NCBI GenBank assembly: GCA_963924565.1
Contig: OZ004607.1
Location: 9,300,001-9,364,000 of the forward strand
DNA length: 64,000 nt
DNA from: Ascidiella aspersa
Taxonomy: Eukaryota
Direction: 5' to 3'
The notes below the pieces were generated by a model. The model saw nothing but the letters and a program-made list of their open reading frames with translations. It did no database searches and was not told the DNA's origin. Within the stretch, counting starts at the first letter, position 1; each line of letters starts with the position of its first letter. Positions 62,501 to 64,000 of the stretch are shown here, one piece after another. The translations under genes and the position numbers were made by a program.

Positions 62501-63516
62501 CAATAGGGCTTACGACACCACAGAGGTCTCTAAATTAAATCTAAGTCGACTGTTTGACCACAATGTCGTTTACCGTCCTTAATTATCCTGATAATAAAGC
62601 TGATTTTGTCTTTTTAAATAGGCGACATTGAGCCTAAATATAACCCTGATTGATTTGTACAGTTAAGTTCCAATTTGCAACGTCACATAGTCGATTCCAA
62701 GGCTATTTGGTAAACCACTGTTTGGTGGTTACATAATTCGCATTATAAGCATCCTTACTGGCGCGCTTTGAATTCGATTAAAGCTTCAGTAGTTTGGTTT
62801 TCAGATTATTTAGGGCCTTACTCATGGGATAAGAGGTGAGGTAAGGATGGATCTATTTATAATAGCCTACATCCATGGCAGCCTTGCCTACAAGCAGTAA
62901 TGTTTTTTTTATGAAACCGGCAGTTCAAGTTTAGGCAAATAGGCTACTGTCACTAGTTTACCTGTGTCCTAAAGCAAAACAAACGTGTTGTCATTTTACA
63001 AAATAATTTTTTTTTAATCTTAGGATTTTACGCAAAATAGACCTGTCGAAAAGTAAGAGCTTTGTCAAAAATTACATGTAAAAAGTTTTTAACTATTGCA
63101 TTTTGTTTTTTACATTCCAGCGTTCTACACGTTAAGACTCTTTTAAGTTTGAGATGGCGTCCGATAAAAAGCAATGCACTTCTACTATTTAGAACTATGG
63201 ACACATTTTAGTGGAAAATGCTATTTTTTATAAAAGTAGGACATGTCATCACTACAGATTTCTTGAAAGCCCTAAAACGCCTTTTTTCCTACACAAATAT
63301 TTTGAAACATATTTTCACCTGATAGTGGGGTTACAGTAGAGGTCGTTCCAAGGGCAATGCGACACCACCCTCTTCCGGTAGGTCTGTGTACCGTTGGTGA
63401 ACCTTTGAGGCACAAGCTTCTTCACAGGGTAGGCGCAGTAGCGGCCCGTGTAGATGGTCCGCTTGTCGACCGTATCCGGCACCAGTTCCAGGTTTCGCCT
63501 GCTGCTTGATGAGGTG
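27515..63516 (-). CDS. COL26A1: Collagen XXVI/EMID1-like mosaic protein: EMI - coiled coil - COL1 - MAM - VWC - acidic Ser-Gly linker - 5x Kunitz - COL2 - coiled coil - RGD tail (about 1270 aa in window; signal-peptide exon upstream of window)
   Basis: Minus-strand exons 63516-63319, 61343-61240, 52872-52811, 49009-48724, 48508-48446, 47753-47559, 43494-42739, 40947-40735, 40015-39800, 37673-37461, 36802-36581, 35361-35146, 34578-34309, 33662-33426, 32569-32430, 32162-32136, 31859-31833, 29502-29382, 28777-28650, 27637-27515. All are AG/GT flanked and phases match at every junction. The family call rests on EMI + CxNC coiled coil + two Gly-X-Y blocks + a C-terminal heptad segment. That all exons belong to one transcript is inferred. 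Confidence 0.8.
30921..31175. mobile_element. TA-flanked MITE with long inverted termini (Tc1/mariner-type target site)
   Basis: TA|TCGTCCCGCTCATAACCAAATTTCCTAAGTCATTTTT ... AAAAATGACTTAGGCAATTTGGTTATGAGCGTGACGA|TA. Confidence 0.75.
31414..31590 (-). CDS. Candidate alternative terminal exon: coiled coil plus Lys/Arg-rich tail
   Basis: Phase-0 acceptor ATGCAG, then [58 protein letters not shown]; a GC-rich, exon-like island in an AT-rich intron. Confidence 0.65.
   Translation of the reverse strand, partial: RVRLQKMKAEILLLSFTVNARLDELEQRLAKKKGRGSKGGRSPKRNRGYSRHVAMHRR
31833..32569 (-). CDS. Three exons forming short collagen segment COL2, including two 27-nt micro-exons
   Basis: 32569-32430 ..[29 protein letters not shown]; 32162-32136 GEPGPKGSK; 31859-31833 GEATRSSSS; canonical splice sites. 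Confidence 0.85.
33053..33382. mobile_element. hAT-like MITE, family copy A
   Basis: TIR CAGGGGTTCTTGAACT / AGTTTAAGAACCCCTG; TSD ATCTGAAG / ATCTAAAG (7/8). Confidence 0.88.
33426..33662 (-). CDS. Exon: Kunitz domain 5 (P1 Arg)
   Basis: [51 protein letters not shown]; 237 nt, phase 1-1. Confidence 0.93.
34309..34578 (-). CDS. Exon: Kunitz domain 4 (P1 Lys)
   Basis: [51 protein letters not shown]; 270 nt, phase 1-1. Confidence 0.92.
35146..35361 (-). CDS. Exon: Kunitz domain 3 (P1 Arg)
   Basis: [51 protein letters not shown]; 216 nt, phase 1-1. Confidence 0.92.
36581..36802 (-). CDS. Exon: divergent Kunitz domain 2 (six Cys kept, non-canonical loops)
   Basis: [51 protein letters not shown]; 222 nt, phase 1-1. 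Confidence 0.88.
37461..37673 (-). CDS. Exon: Kunitz/BPTI domain 1 (P1 Arg)
   Basis: [51 protein letters not shown]; 213 nt, phase 1-1. Confidence 0.93.
   Translation of the reverse strand, partial: GPTRAVYCQSTRVRAEAGSPSSTTTRPAEPASALCTEAARETRTTLRRPSCAREPASTVRHRSGFPRRQK
37820..38157. mobile_element. hAT-like MITE, family copy B, inverted relative to copy A
   Basis: TIR CAGGGGTTCATAAACT / AGTTTAAGAACCCCTG; perfect TSD TGGTAGAG; body is the diverged reverse complement of 33053-33382. Confidence 0.9.
39800..40015 (-). CDS. Exon: acidic Ser-Gly / poly-Ser / Tyr-acidic linker with RTRR site
   Basis: [72 protein letters not shown]; strong polypyrimidine acceptor TTCCAG, donor AAG|GTCGGT; 216 nt, phase 1-1. 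This frame is not in the ORF track. Confidence 0.8.
40735..40947 (-). CDS. Exon: von Willebrand factor type C (VWC/chordin-like CR) domain
   Basis: [57 protein letters not shown], with CxxCxC and CCxxC motifs; 213 nt, phase 1-1. Confidence 0.92.
42739..43494 (-). CDS. Exon: MAM domain with insertions (756 nt, phase 1-1)
   Basis: SCDFD...MCLF...W...GTLSSPFF...ICMTFRY...LQVYL...WRRTAVPL...FQVIFEA...[11 protein letters not shown] matches the MAM pattern; acceptor GCGCAG, donor GTGAGT. Confidence 0.88.
44345..44808. mobile_element. hAT-like MITE with an internal tandem duplication of about 73 bp
   Basis: TIR CAGGGGTGGATTCAGG / CCTGAATCCACCCCTG; TSD GTCTTTAC / GTCGTTGC (6/8); ATAAATACAGTCTAGGGCTAG...CAATCTAGAGAT occurs at about 44464 and 44537. 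Confidence 0.8.
47559..49009 (-). CDS. Three exons forming collagen triple-helix segment COL1
   Basis: 49009-48724 [25 protein letters not shown]...[12 protein letters not shown]; 48508-48446 [21 protein letters not shown]; 47753-47559 [65 protein letters not shown]. Confidence 0.93.
47818..48197. mobile_element. Older MITE family with CCGATAC/GTATCGG subterminal motifs; relatives near 15225-15604, 20643-21001, 49370-49450, 50146-51050, 60520-61050
   Basis: Ends TAGGGATGTCC / GGACAACCCTA; shared internal sequence (GATACC..TGACGTCAT..CAGTTGTTAA) across copies; TSDs decayed. Confidence 0.65.
52811..52872 (-). CDS. Exon: CxNC plus short coiled coil following the EMI domain
   Basis: [21 protein letters not shown]; acceptor TTGCAG, donor GTGAGT; phase 1->0 bridges the neighbouring exons. 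Not in the ORF track. Confidence 0.85.
56270..56925. repeat. Diverged tandem duplication, unit about 350 bp
   Basis: Shared blocks TGTATCT, TACATTGGT, GGTCGTTGAAC, ACCCCTGTTT, GTAAGTA, GAATGTTAACC and ATAGTTGTATGGAGAAA occur in the same order in both units. Confidence 0.75.
58745..59165. repeat. Diverged tandem duplication, spacing about 260 bp
   Basis: AAAAGAAGG..AACAGACACA..GGCG.CCAA.TGACA..GGATTTTT..ACAAGAA..CAAGCATT..GCCGTGTAT occurs at about 58789 and 59051. Confidence 0.7.
61240..61343 (-). CDS. Exon: C-terminal half of EMI domain
   Basis: [35 protein letters not shown]; WRCCPG(F/Y)xGxxC is the EMI signature; acceptor TTCCAG, donor GTAAGA. Confidence 0.92.
61419..61724. mobile_element. 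hAT-like MITE with GATCG repeats
   Basis: Ends CAGGGGTAACCAAC / GTTGGCTACACCTG; subterminal GTCGATCGC repeats; TSD weak. Confidence 0.6.
63319..63516 (-). CDS. Exon: N-terminal half of EMI domain
   Basis: ..[44 protein letters not shown]; acceptor AAACAG, donor GTGAAA; resembles the EMID1/COL26A1 EMI start (C..NGT..CPW..C). Confidence 0.85.
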
Positions 63517-64000
63517 CTGTTTTGGGCAACCAGAAAATTGCGGTTAAACACTTAACGGGGGTTATGGGTGGCTTTTTTGGTGGAAGATACCGGCCAAGTC
63601 CAGGCGTTTTCTACTATGTTAAGGTTGCGGTTGCACCTAACGAAAAGGTTCAGTCTTTGTCATTATTCTAAGACTGAGTCTACCAGTGTTGTAAACAAGT
63701 CATTTTATTATAACTTTTAATATAAGTCCCAGTCAAGTCATTTTTTAAAACAACGTAGGTCCAAGCCAAGTCTGTTAACAAGTTAAGTCCTTTTACAAAT
63801 AACAAGTTAAGTCCCCGTTCAAGTTAAAGTCATTATTAAAGCAATTCAACTCCAAATCAAATCCGTAATATAAAAATGAAATAATAAATCATATAAAAAT
63901 TGGGAAACTTGTACAATAATATACAACAACTGAGCTAAACAAATAACAAAAAAAATCATGAAGCAATCGTTTTACGTGCAGAAATTAAGATAAATAAGCC

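Overview
AT-rich, intron-rich animal genomic DNA. An invertebrate chordate such as a tunicate is my inference from the gene families, compact introns and MITE-rich introns; it is not proven. I reconstructed three spliced genes by hand from GT-AG boundaries and phase continuity. (1) The last six exons of a GH20 beta-hexosaminidase (HEXA/HEXB-like, + strand, stop at 7051). (2) A complete 17-exon TFIP11/Spp382 gene (+, 9595-22227, 824 aa). (3) A convergent minus-strand gene (63516->27515, first exon outside the window) with the skeleton of collagen XXVI/EMID1: EMI, coiled coil, Gly-X-Y, Gly-X-Y, C-terminal coiled coil. Between its two collagen segments sits a 781-codon block of eight symmetric phase-1 exons encoding MAM, VWC, an acidic Ser-Gly/Tyr-rich segment with a furin-type site, and five Kunitz domains. 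It also has two candidate alternative C-termini: a basic tail, or an acidic tail ending near an RGD. This mosaic collagen / proteoglycan / protease-inhibitor gene is the main candidate for an undescribed system. An inverted pair of MITEs brackets exactly the five Kunitz exons. Introns carry many hAT-like MITEs (several with 8-bp TSDs, one nested), a tRNA-derived SINE family and local duplications. All splice models come from sequence only and need RNA evidence.
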